This document shows, piece after piece, positions 49,226-49,395 of a stretch of 49,395 nt of DNA. Below the pieces are notes generated by a model. It saw only the letters and a program-made list of their open reading frames with translations, was not told the DNA's origin and did no database searches. This DNA is from Synechococcus sp. (lineage in GTDB: Bacteria > Cyanobacteriota > Cyanobacteriia > Thermostichales > PCC-7336). Each line of letters starts with the position of its first letter. The stretch's first letter is position 1. Position numbers and translations under genes: made by a program. The stretch spans positions 1 to 49,395 of the forward strand of contig JBFRWD010000158.1 of assembly GCA_051439425.1 (NCBI GenBank), written 5' to 3'.

Positions 49226-49395
49226 ATGACCTCTAAAACAGACATCTCAACGGGCGAACGAATTCCAAAAATGATTCAAAAACTGGATGCAATCGGGGCA
49301 ACAAAGCTAGTTGCTTTACTCGCAGGTTCAATCTTAGGAATCGCCGCGATCGCCACTGAACTCCATGCAGAAATCAGTCCTCTGTCTTCCATGCG
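49226..49395 (+). CDS. 5' part of a probable exported protein divergent from LysR (runs off the window)
   Basis: AGAGGAG RBS, ATG 49226, open to the window end; signal-like segment KLVALLAGSILGIAAIATELHA. Confidence 0.65.
   Translation, partial: MTSKTDISTGERIPKMIQKLDAIGATKLVALLAGSILGIAAIATELHAEISPLSSM

Overview
A 49.4 kb chromosomal window from a cyanobacterium, judged from frequent HIP1 octamers (GCGATCGC) and cyanobacterial-type PatA, DUF3611, Omp85 and XisA-like integrase genes. Most of it is core genome: rlmD, asd, uvrB, Omp85, a patA-cheY-cheW-MCP-cheA-cheW taxis operon, rpiA, riboflavin synthase, rph, hisZ-hisG-aroA and two tRNA-Thr genes. There are three accessory patches: (i) 1-3200, with a MITE-like inverted-repeat element, two transposase remnants and a Wzy/O-antigen-ligase gene; (ii) about 4.1-8.5 kb, a decayed tRNA-Thr(CGT)-integrated island with a broken integrase, an intact RelBE-type toxin-antitoxin pair and a signal-less metzincin protease; (iii) about 19.9-22.4 kb, an AT-rich ABC-ATPase plus RelE-like gene pair and a PfpI pseudogene. 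The most interesting observation is a small, very basic ORF (13582-13815) with an intrinsic terminator inside its reading frame. This is the non-stop-mRNA architecture of the ribosome-rescue factors ArfA/BrfA, so it is a candidate cyanobacterial ribosome-rescue factor. Also notable: a candidate ATPase-toxin defence pair, a near-perfect Yfr1 target site on the Omp85 start, a perfect RpaB HLR1 box, a GAF-less PixJ-like receptor and two structured intergenic regions. All calls were made by eye from motifs; no database searches were run.
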